Shown: piece after piece, positions 1-8,741 of the stretch
Position numbering within the stretch: the first letter of the stretch is position 1
Layout of the letters: every line of letters starts with the position of its first letter
Assembly: GCA_040143965.1 (NCBI GenBank)
Contig: JASJQH010006879.1
Location: 52,868 to 72,867, forward strand
DNA from: Basidiobolus ranarum
Taxonomy: Eukaryota
Direction: 5' to 3'
DNA: 20,000 nucleotides
Program-made: the position numbers and the translations under genes
The notes under the pieces: model-generated
The model's input: only the letters and a program-made list of their open reading frames with translations
What the model was told of the DNA's origin: nothing
Databases searched by the model: none

Positions 1-388
1 AGCTGGTGATACGTGCGGTAATACAGCATGGATTCAACGTTGTACAAAAACTGAGTTTAACCTGTCACCATCGTTCATCATTTCAACATGCGCTAATGTT
101 CTTGGATATATATCTACAAGTCAATCTATTACCAAATAGTGAGGTGTTCAAGACATAATAGAATCTCCCTATTGGTGTAGACCTGGATATTTTGTGCATA
201 TCTGCTTTCTAATAATGATATTGGTGGTCAAGGGGTTGATTGGCTTGTTTCGAGATGAATATTGATTTTGTTGGTTTGATATTAGTAAGATTTTAACGAG
301 GTTCAATCCATTTCGAAGATCATTGTGTGTCGAAGAAAAATGGGACAGAATCGAAATATTTCCTAAAGGTTTTTTCGCTTTCTGTAAG

Positions 389-1657
389 ATGAATCTAGTC
401 ACAACAAAAAGATGGACTACATTAAGATGCCGTTTTAACTTGACAGATATTCCAACTTCTTCCAACCGCTCTAAACGCTTTACTTTTCCAACTTATTTTT
501 CCACCACCACCGGTAAAATCCAAACTAATATTGCTTTAAAAGTTAGTTATTTGGGTTGGGATTATCATGGATTTGCAAGACACGATCCTCTTCCTACTAT
601 CGAGGGGAGTTTGTTTACTGCCTTGAAGAAAACTGGCTTAATCGAATCCGTCGAACAATCCAAGTATTCTCGCTGTGGTCGCACTGATGCAGGTGTCAGT
701 GCATTTAGTCAAGTAATTGGTCTTGAAGTCAAACTGAAATCACATGAAGAGACAGGTCCGAAAATTGTCAGCATGCTCAATTCGAACCTTCCTAAAGATA
801 TTCAGGTGATTAGCTGGGCTTACACCAAGCCTAATTTCGATGCAAGACACGATTGTATTTCTCGAACCTACAAATATTACTTTCCACGACAAAAATTGAA
901 CCTCGACTTGATGAAAGAAGCTGGTCATAAATTCCTGGGTACCAAAGACTTTAGAAATTTTTGTAAAGTTCGTGGTGCCAAACAATTGACTCAATTTAAA
1001 CGGACTATATTTCAAGTTTCAGTTGAAGCTTCAAAAACTTTGGCTCATTTACAGATGCCTGAACGTCAGATTTGCGAACTTACCATATGTGGACGTTCCT
1101 TTCTTTGGCATCAGGTACGATGTATGACTGCGATATTGTTTCTGGTTGGTCAGGGTTTAGAAGCTCCTAGCATTGTAGATACTTTATTGAATATTGAAGA
1201 AACCCCCTCTAAGCCACATTATGAGATGGCTTCTGAACTTCCTCTGGTGTTATACGATTCAGAGTATCAAAATTTAAACTGGAACACCTCTACCACCCCT
1301 GATTTGGTTGCTATGTACTGGTTGCAGCGTCACCTGGAGCGTGAGTGGCAACGAAAAATGAATGAGGCCATAATATTAGAAAATCTTATAGATGCACTAG
1401 GTCAAACACCGGTCACACCGCCCTCGCTTCAGAATACACTTTCTTGGAGTGAATACTGGAACCAAGGAGAAGTCCAAGCGAGAGGTGCGGGAGTTGATGT
1501 CATATTGGGAGGTGGAAGTGAGAGTAGAGTTAGGAAGTATACTCCTCTTACGGAGCGTCAACATGGAATACCTGTTGGTGAGCTCAATAAACAATATTTA
1601 GATCGGAAAAAGTTTAAATTAAGTCAAGTATTGACCAAATCAAATGAGAACCAATAG
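389..1657 (+). CDS. PUS3: tRNA pseudouridine(38/39) synthase, Pus3/Deg1 (TruA family), about 422 aa from ATG 389; 5' end uncertain
   Basis: Motifs IALKVSYLGWDYHGFA, YSRCGRTDAGVSA (catalytic Asp), FDARHDCISRTYKYYF, GTKDFRNFCK, FLWHQVRCM and YEMASELPLVLYD are typical of eukaryotic Pus3/Deg1. The track ORF starts at TTG 323; the first in-frame ATG is 389. Confidence 0.88.
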   Translation: MNLVTTKRWTTLRCRFNLTDIPTSSNRSKRFTFPTYFSTTTGKIQTNIALKVSYLGWDYHGFARHDPLPTIEGSLFTALKKTGLIESVEQSKYSRCGRTDAGVSAFSQVIGLEVKLKSHEETGPKIVSMLNSNLPKDIQVISWAYTKPNFDARHDCISRTYKYYFPRQKLNLDLMKEAGHKFLGTKDFRNFCKVRGAKQLTQFKRTIFQVSVEASKTLAHLQMPERQICELTICGRSFLWHQVRCMTAILFLVGQGLEAPSIVDTLLNIEETPSKPHYEMASELPLVLYDSEYQNLNWNTSTTPDLVAMYWLQRHLEREWQRKMNEAIILENLIDALGQTPVTPPSLQNTLSWSEYWNQGEVQARGAGVDVILGGGSESRVRKYTPLTERQHGIPVGELNKQYLDRKKFKLSQVLTKSNENQ

Positions 1658-2127
1658 ACTAACAAATATTTGTTTATAGAAAATATGTTATCTAGAGTTT
1701 TATTATTTTAGAACAATGTAGAATATATGTAATGCCACTTGATACGATGTTAATCAATAATAAATCCTATTAACAACAATAGCTTCTGGCAGGCGTCTAC
1801 TTAATATAGATTTGGAATATTACTAACTAATGCCATATTAGTAACCAGTATTTGCGTTGAGACTCTGTTTCTACAAACGCACTGTTAGAAATTCTGCACC
1901 ATGGTTGGACTGTTACTATGGCACATCAACCCAATCATTACACTATATGGATTCATTATCGGAAGGTAAACTATTCCTTGTTAGTCGGTAAATGACATAC
2001 AAAATGTTTGATTTATTTACGTTCTAAATAACGGAAAATACATAGTAGTAATAGTAAGACAGGTGTCGGGGAAGGCAGTAAAGGGCATGCAGGTAGGTGA
2101 TGACGTGAGAATTAGTAGGATTAGAAT

Positions 2128-2870
2128 TTAGGCCATCACATCGTCATATTGAACTCCATTGATTGCACTACCACGCATACTACGACGTACATTTCCTTCG
2201 AAATGGCGGCGGTCAGTTCTCAAATCCTGTGCAGCTTCTATAAATAAATAGCAAATATGTTGATATGTTAACGAACATACATAAGAAGTGAAATAGAAAT
2301 GAGGTAACCTTTATTCAACGGATCTTCAGCGTTGGGTTCAAGGAATAGGTATTGAAGTCCAACCACGACTGAATTGATGTTCAATACAGGCTTCCAATCT
2401 TCACGCAAGATGTTTAGGCAAATGTTTCCGTCCAGGTCAATGTTAGGGTGATATATCTGAGAGAAACAAAAGATCCAAGTTTAGTGAGAAGACTTGGGTG
2501 TAAGTAGTTCCAATATTTTTTCAATACCTTTTGAGTACAGTGAACTTTTGGTGGTTCATGAGGGTAGCTGCTGTTGATTTTGAAAGTGAACTTAAATTCC
2601 CCTCCTTTGTAGAAACCTTCGTCTGGTTTGATACTTAAATTGAAGTTTAATAGATCTTCAGGGGAAGGAAACGACATTTCCATAGTTTTAGGTAATTCAA
2701 GTTCCGAGAGATCTACAAAAAAAGTCAAAAAGTACATAAGAAAGGGGTCAAACTCAGTTACAAGTTCCAAAATATTTACCCTTTTGAACTCGAATTTGAG
2801 CAGCACTGACTTTGGGCTTCTTTTTTTCAGCAGAAGCGGCGTCTTTTTTCATACTGAATAGTTTGATCAT
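2128..2870 (-). CDS. UBC12: NEDD8-conjugating enzyme Ubc12 (E2), 177 aa; exons 2870-2780, 2712-2528, 2456-2309, 2237-2128
   Basis: Spliced translation [38 protein letters not shown]...[52 protein letters not shown]... The MIKLFS N-terminus and LNILREDW are diagnostic of Ubc12. Three GT-AG introns give 534 nt in frame. Confidence 0.95.
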
Positions 2871-3343
2871 CGTGGTATTCCTTACGAAGGTAGATGTGGA
2901 TGGATAAAGTAATGTCTGCAAAGGTACAAATTAATATTTCGTAAGGAAACTTAAATATATCCTCAACCGCAGTTGAAAGCGCTCTTTTATTTGCAATTAC
3001 ATCACTCCCTCAAGAATTCGATCACAAATAAGCAAAACATCATGGTTAAAGTATAAGCGTAAGCCAAACAAAAAGGGTTATTTACCTCGCAAAAGGGCTA
3101 GTTTTAAGCAGATTACGTTGATTAGATGATTCGGATATTTAGGGTTAATGTCTAGCATTTATAATGAGCATCGATATTTCTAATGACTTTTTATTTCATT
3201 TTAGTTCAGTGATGTTATAACATGTGTACAAGTAATTGAAGTATGGAGGATTAGGATTAAATTATATGCGATAACCGTTGAAAACATCACACTATCAGAA
3301 ATCGATACGTAAACCAATTTTGATACGATTAAAATGTGCTCTC

Positions 3344-3817
3344 CTATTGTCTGGGAAGGGCATTACGAATGGTGTTGTATAAGTTTTGGGCAGAGGCGGC
3401 AACTTTGCTAACGTAAGGCTCAACAGTTGAGCGACAAGTCTCAACGACCTCATTGGTAGGCTTCTTGATCAGAGGGAACTTGCCCTCCAAGTAATCCAGT
3501 GATTGACACCCTAAGGCATCGACTTGCTGGATTTGGCGCTGGAAGTAGTTTTGAACTGGCTTAATCACTTTAACCGCAGTGGTGAAAGCAGAATTAGCAG
3601 TATCAGCTACGAAATGGACATAGCGGGAGTTGGAGTCATTGACATAACTTTTGACTGCGTTGACACCATCTTGGATGACAGGGATTTCGTAGATACGAGA
3701 GACAATGTGGAGTTCGTCAGTGGAGCCGTTAGTGGCACCATTCTCTGAGTTACCGTTTTGGTTGGTAGGTTTCTCCTTTTGAACCGATTGGTTGTTGGTG
3801 TTAGATTCTTTGCTCAT
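3344..3817 (-). CDS. Short perilipin-like (PAT domain) lipid-droplet protein, copy 1, 157 aa, intronless
   Basis: IVSRIYEIPVIQDG...QIQQVDALGCQSLDYLEGKFPLIKKPTNEVV matches the PAT pattern (VxRVxxLPxVxS...QIxxAxxxACxxLDxLExxxPxLxxP). Start placed at ATG 3817 (MSKES) because a minus-strand TATAAAA lies at 3901-3907 and MSKESN resembles the MSQESN start of copy 2. Confidence 0.8.
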   Translation of the reverse strand: MSKESNTNNQSVQKEKPTNQNGNSENGATNGSTDELHIVSRIYEIPVIQDGVNAVKSYVNDSNSRYVHFVADTANSAFTTAVKVIKPVQNYFQRQIQQVDALGCQSLDYLEGKFPLIKKPTNEVVETCRSTVEPYVSKVAASAQNLYNTIRNALPRQ

Positions 3818-3900
3818 GATTATACTGAGAAGGTTAAACTCTAGAAGAGATAAATTAAGGAAGGATACGAAGATGTTGTTGACCAGTGGGGAATGGCCAG

Positions 3901-3907
3901 TTTTATA
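3901..3907 (-). promoter_or_regulatory. TATA box of perilipin-like copy 1
   Basis: TATAAAA on the minus strand about 85 nt upstream of ATG 3817. Copies 2 and 3 also have upstream TATA elements. Confidence 0.55.
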
Positions 3908-4356
3908 GAATATGAAAAGCAAAATCATGTGATAGCGTATGCTAGTGGCAATTGCATATGAAAAGTAAATGGTCGGAATTTAGTTACTAGCTATCAGCTA
4001 CTAAAAGGAGCCAAGTAAGAATTTTCTAGGCATATGAAGATCAAAAAAGATGATTTGAGACGATTATCACATGCAAATGATGCTTTCGATATTGTCTATT
4101 TCCAGAGAAATCGATTTCTACATGACTGAAATGGGGTTACAGTACTGGTTTGATAATAACACCATTTCAATTCATTTTCAATGAAGCACTCAGCAACATG
4201 TAGGGCAAGGATTCTATGACGGCCAGGATGGTCTCTTAATTTAGTAAGCCTACTTCTCTTTCCCGAAGTGTATAAACAAGATTTAAACATAAACGTGCTA
4301 CTCTAGAGTCCACATTGAGTGCGTATTAGCAAATCTTCCCCAAAGTTAGGCGAAGC

Positions 4357-4426
4357 TAGTTCTCATCAGTACGGATTAAATGAACATTACATAGTTCTCA
4401 TCAGTACGGATTGAATGGATATTACC
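4357..4426. repeat. 35-bp imperfect tandem duplication
   Basis: TAGTTCTCATCAGTACGGATTaAATGaAcATTAC (4357) versus TAGTTCTCATCAGTACGGATTgAATGgAtATTAC (4392). Confidence 0.9.
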
Positions 4427-4704
4427 AGAGTCTGTGATCCTGGTGATAATGTTTTAGTCATCCCTTTCCATGTTTTAAAGCTGCAACATAATGTGTATGT
4501 TCCGAAGCCTTAATGGGGCTCAATCAATGTGTGATATACGAGATAAGGTGCTCATGAGACATCAAGTAGACTTGGATGATGAAATATTTTAATTTATTAC
4601 TGCTGGTTATTAATGATGAATGTAAATTGCGTACAGTGTATAGGAGTGATGTTATTCTGGTAAGGATTCAAAAACCAAATATTTTGGAGGTACAGGGAGC
4701 AAGC

Positions 4705-5268
4705 TTATTTTCCTTGGACAATGCTGCGAACATTCTGAACCAAGTTCTGTGCTGATGAGGTGACTCCTTCAATGTAGGGTTCTACGGTAGTGCGGCAGGT
4801 TTGAACCAATTCGTTAGTAGGACGCTTGATAATGGGAACTTTGTTCTCAATATAATCTAAGGAGCGGCAGCCGAGCTGATCAGCCTGCTCAATTTGAGAG
4901 TGGAAGCGAGTTTGAACAGGTTGAATCAAACCGGCAACAGTGTGCATAGCAGAACCTGCTGTATCCGCAACAAGGTGGACATAACGAGATTCTGAGCCTT
5001 CAACAAAGGATTTAACAGCGTTGATGCTATCTTGGACTAATGGGATACCACAGATGCGAGAAACAACCTCCAAACTAGCAGTGTTGGATTCTTCCTCAGG
5101 AGTAGGCTGCTCCTCTGTTTTTTCTTCTACTTTCTCGGCTTCTTGTACCTGGGGTTCCTGTTTTTCGACCTCTTCAGCAGTGTCTATGGTTTCAACTGTC
5201 TGAACAGTTTGGTCAGGTGCGTCGGTATTTTCGGATAGAACGCTAAATTGGTTAGATTCTTGAGACAT
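4705..5268 (-). CDS. Short perilipin-like (PAT domain) protein, copy 2, 187 aa, Glu-rich N-terminus
   Basis: VVSRICGIPLVQDS...SQIEQADQLGCRSLDYIENKVPIIKRPTNELV is a clear paralogue of copy 1. TATA element at about 5320-5329. Confidence 0.82.
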   Translation of the reverse strand: MSQESNQFSVLSENTDAPDQTVQTVETIDTAEEVEKQEPQVQEAEKVEEKTEEQPTPEEESNTASLEVVSRICGIPLVQDSINAVKSFVEGSESRYVHLVADTAGSAMHTVAGLIQPVQTRFHSQIEQADQLGCRSLDYIENKVPIIKRPTNELVQTCRTTVEPYIEGVTSSAQNLVQNVRSIVQGK

Positions 5269-5317
5269 ATTAGAAGGTAATTGGAGATTTGCTGATGTTT
5301 CCTTGAGGTGTTCTTAC

Positions 5318-5330
5318 GCTTATATATATG
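5318..5330 (-). promoter_or_regulatory. TATA box of perilipin-like copy 2
   Basis: CATATATATAAGC on the minus strand about 50 nt upstream of the ATG. Copy 3 has CATATATAAGC. Confidence 0.55.
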
Positions 5331-6024
5331 TGAAAAAAGCAAGCTTACTATATTCGGATATAACGGTAGAGATAGCATTGCCAAGTACAATCACCTATGA
5401 ATTATCATATGAAAATAAGCTTGGCTTGATCATTGGTCGATGGGTGGAGATTCGATCACCAATACTTACCGGTAGCGCAGTCACTTAGATTGCGTCAGTA
5501 TCCATGGAGGAAGTAGTAGGTATGATAAGGTCATCATGTCATTTTCACGTGTCGGCATATCTCGGCTTTCACATGGGATTTAGTGGTCTACGTAAATCCG
5601 CGAGAATCTGCGCACAGAAAAGGGAATTTATTCCACAATGGTTGATAGGGTGGCCTGGATGGAAAACGACATTAAACTTTGGGTTAAGGCTATCTGGAAA
5701 TAGAAGTTGTTGACAGCGGAAAGCAATTTAATTCGAAGGTTATTTTGACGAGAACTTTATTTTATCAACAACAAAGATAAAGACAATGTGCCACAGAATG
5801 CTCAAAATAATGCACGTCCCTTATGAAGTGAGTGCACTATAAAGCTCTAAATTTGGCTTTGTTACTGAGTTCCTTGCCATATAAAAAAGACAGGAGTGAT
5901 CACCCAAATAACGAAGAATGCTGATTAATATCAAAAACAGATGGCTATTCTCATATGATAATCCTGGTTGCTACACAACAACATGAGATGGGCAATGATG
6001 TTACAATAAAGCCACCCTGCCATT

Positions 6025-6492
6025 TTATATGAACTTAATGTAACCTAATACACTACGACCTATGGCAACTACTGGTTCTATGGTGGATTGACAAGCTGCC
6101 ACCACTTCATCAGTGGGCCTGTTGATTATAGGGAATCTCTCCTCTAAATAGTTCAAAGATTGGCAACCATAGTGATCCAAGAACTTGAGCTGTGATGTAA
6201 ATGGTGATTGTTGGACGAGCCTTGCCGAGGATTCATGAAGAGTTCCAGCCATATTAGCTATGGGCCGGACGAACTGGACGAATCGTGAGTTGGGGTTCTG
6301 AGTATAAGTTTTGACTGTATTGAGCCCATCGTGTACTATGGGAATTTGGCCAATCCGAGACATCACTTGAGAATCGGACGAGGGTGGAAGAGTCAGATTG
6401 GCAGATTCATCAAGTTTATGCTGAACTTTAGATTTCTTGATGGTTCTGGTCTTTCGGGAGGTTCCACTTTGACTGTTATTGATTGTATTCAT
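6025..6492 (-). CDS. Short perilipin-like (PAT domain) protein, copy 3, 155 aa, basic N-terminus
   Basis: VMSRIGQIPIVHDG...SQLKFLDHYGCQSLNYLEERFPIINRPTDEVV is a more divergent paralogue. TATA element at about 6526-6533. Confidence 0.78.
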   Translation of the reverse strand: MNTINNSQSGTSRKTRTIKKSKVQHKLDESANLTLPPSSDSQVMSRIGQIPIVHDGLNTVKTYTQNPNSRFVQFVRPIANMAGTLHESSARLVQQSPFTSQLKFLDHYGCQSLNYLEERFPIINRPTDEVVAACQSTIEPVVAIGRSVLGYIKFI

Positions 6493-6523
6493 GATTGTTG
6501 AGATAACTTGTGTTGGAACCTTT

Positions 6524-6534
6524 GCTTATATATG
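6524..6534 (-). promoter_or_regulatory. TATA box of perilipin-like copy 3
   Basis: CATATATAAGC on the minus strand about 32 nt upstream of the ATG, sharing its flanks with the copy 2 element. Confidence 0.5.
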
Positions 6535-7047
6535 GTAGCTGTCCTAGCTCAATCATACTTAGAGACGTCACCTGTATGGCATAATCACCTCTGGGCACCG
6601 CAGTATCGCTAGAGATGATCGTGACTAGACGAGTAATGCAAAGTGAAGGGAGCAGAGAGACCATGATTCAACAAATATGGAGCAGAGGCTGATTGAGCAA
6701 ATATGATGTTTGTCTTTGCGTCGCCAAAGCGCCCTCGATACAAAGCACCCTCAATAAAAACTGAACAGGTAATTCAATATAAGCTTATAAATTCTGATCC
6801 ACAAATTCGGTCAGAGGCTATATCGGCATGAAATTAGCATTATTTTGGGGGCTAGGGTTAGGGTGAATAAATTTGTAAATTAACTCAGGTTATACAAAAA
6901 ATGCTGGTTCTAACCCATTTATTAGGTCAAGTCAAGCACTGCATAGATGAGTGATTGTTACAAATGTTAGTGGATCTATAGTACACAGTACGGGAGTAAA
7001 GATAACAATACAAAATAAATGAAAAGGGTAAATTAAAGGGAGAGAAA

Positions 7048-8130
7048 TTACATCAGATGTTCTATTTTCCAATATTTGATGGTTCTTCTCAAGTCGACAT
7101 ATTGAGGCCCTTCAATAGATTCTAAATTTTCAAGGGTTTAGAACAAAGCATGGTTTAAAATGAAATTAGAGATATTGTACCTTCATTTAGCGCCGGTCCA
7201 CCACCGTAGGCCTGTAAGAATTGTTTCCATGCCTCTTGAGAGATCATGAAGAAGTCTTCCCATAATACCAAGTCAGGATCAAACCCGCCTTGTGCCGTAC
7301 ACAGTCTACTGTTGGTAATGGGGCCTGGTGCTGGGTTATTTCCAAGTACAAACCCCTGCCATTCAGACATCCAACTCTGCTCGATAAAGTGACCTATCTC
7401 AAATCCTTCATACATAGAGATATTCCGCTCCTTACGTCTACGTACGATCTCTTCTGAATTGTACAAACTGGGAACGTTGGTTGCCATCAGTGTCATAATT
7501 TCATTAGCTCTATGTGTTTCTATATCGGAGCAATTGGTGCCTATCCATCTGTTGCAATGATAGCACCACAACTCCATCGTATTTAGCTTAAGACTAATAG
7601 AGTGGCCAGTCGATTTGAAATGGTCGTAGGCATGAGCACCTCTCCAGCGTCCACATCCTGTAAATAAGAGGTGGTAAGGTTTTGATACATTTTCAGAAAT
7701 AGACTGAGTGAAGTTTACCTAAGAATTGACAATTGTCGTTTGCACATAGCCATAAATCTGGCACCCCTTCCGTACATTCATCAGAGGAACAGGAAAGTTG
7801 TGAATATATATCTACCAGAGATACATACTGCAAGATTTTCTTCTCCAAGCACTTTCGGTTGAACAGGCTCAAATGTGTACAAATATCGTTAAGCTCAGTA
7901 ACAAACAATTCTTTCCAAGTCATCTGAGGAAGTTTGAAGTTTATATTTTTTTGCAGGAAACACAAGCGGAACCAGATAGAATCCTCGGTAGACACTTGAT
8001 ATAAGTTTTTACATACTAATGTGCAATTGAGTAGATCAGAAAGAGTAAGGTTAGACAATATGTTGACCAGAACCTCATATGGAAGACTGAGCAAAGGGAA
8101 AGAACTCATGTTGCTCAAACGCATAACCAT
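7048..8130 (-). CDS. F-box + UBP-type zinc finger + DUSP domain protein, 320 aa; exons 8130-7719, 7657-7181, 7121-7048
   Basis: F-box: LLSLPYEVLVNILSNLTLSDLLNCTLVCKNLYQVSTEDSIW. ZnF-UBP: CTHL...CSSDEC...LWLCANDNCQFLGCGRWRGAHAYDHFKSTGHSI...LWCYHCNRWI, joined across a 61-nt GT-AG intron. DUSP: HFIEQSWMSEWQGFV...PGPITNSRL...EDFFMISQEAWKQFLQAYGGGP. The joined CDS is 963 nt, in frame. Confidence 0.85.
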
Positions 8131-8741
8131 CTTGTTTAGTCAAAGAAATAAGAAGGTTATGGTTGGTGAAAGAATTAACAAGGTACGAACAAGCACAAGT
8201 CCCTAGCTCAACAAATGAAGAGAACGTCTTGTAGTTCCCCCAATGGTTTCAATTTCTATAAAAAGCACAGATGTATATTGAGCATTTCCCTTTTCTAGTG
8301 AATTTTATATATATAGCAAGTACATAGCGTACAGTCAACTTAATCACTACCAACATCTTCAACAATCAACTCATTATCCCCAAAACACATAAAATACACT
8401 TTTAAAAGCTTGGTTCCGTGGCCAATGAATGATCTCCAGAATCAAGGTCATAGAATTAATGACCTCCTTGGTGTAGCAATAGTACGAAATAGGCAACACG
8501 CATATTAAGAATCAGGAGGGAATTCCCATGTTAGGGATAAGATGTAGGTTGTGTAGTGATGGATAGATACAAACTAGTTGTATGGGGTATCTCGATTAAG
8601 AAATCACCTCAAGCACACTCTCAGTATGAGCAGGCGTTCATGTTAAAAATCAAATGAGTTTATTGTGCTTGCTAGATGCTCTATTTATTCAAGTCGACCA
8701 GGCTACAGTATAATAAATACAATGCAATGGTTATGAAAGTA

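Noticed and set aside
1-158. Possible 3' end of an upstream plus-strand gene (frames open at 2-139 and 3-158)
   Set aside because: No recognisable motif, and I cannot tell which frame, if either, is coding.
3818-3928. Hydrophobic 37-aa N-terminal extension of perilipin-like copy 1 in the ORF track
   Set aside because: It spans the TATA box and is absent from the paralogues, which start at MSxESN-like positions.
4096-5713. Small intergenic ORFs (4096-4290, 5303-5488, 5504-5713)
   Set aside because: Short, without motifs and located in perilipin promoter regions; probably spurious.
6848-6865. CTAGGGTTAGGG telomere-like motif (also TTAGGGTT near 3139 and 13843)
   Set aside because: At most two units, which is compatible with chance; one occurrence lies inside a coding exon.
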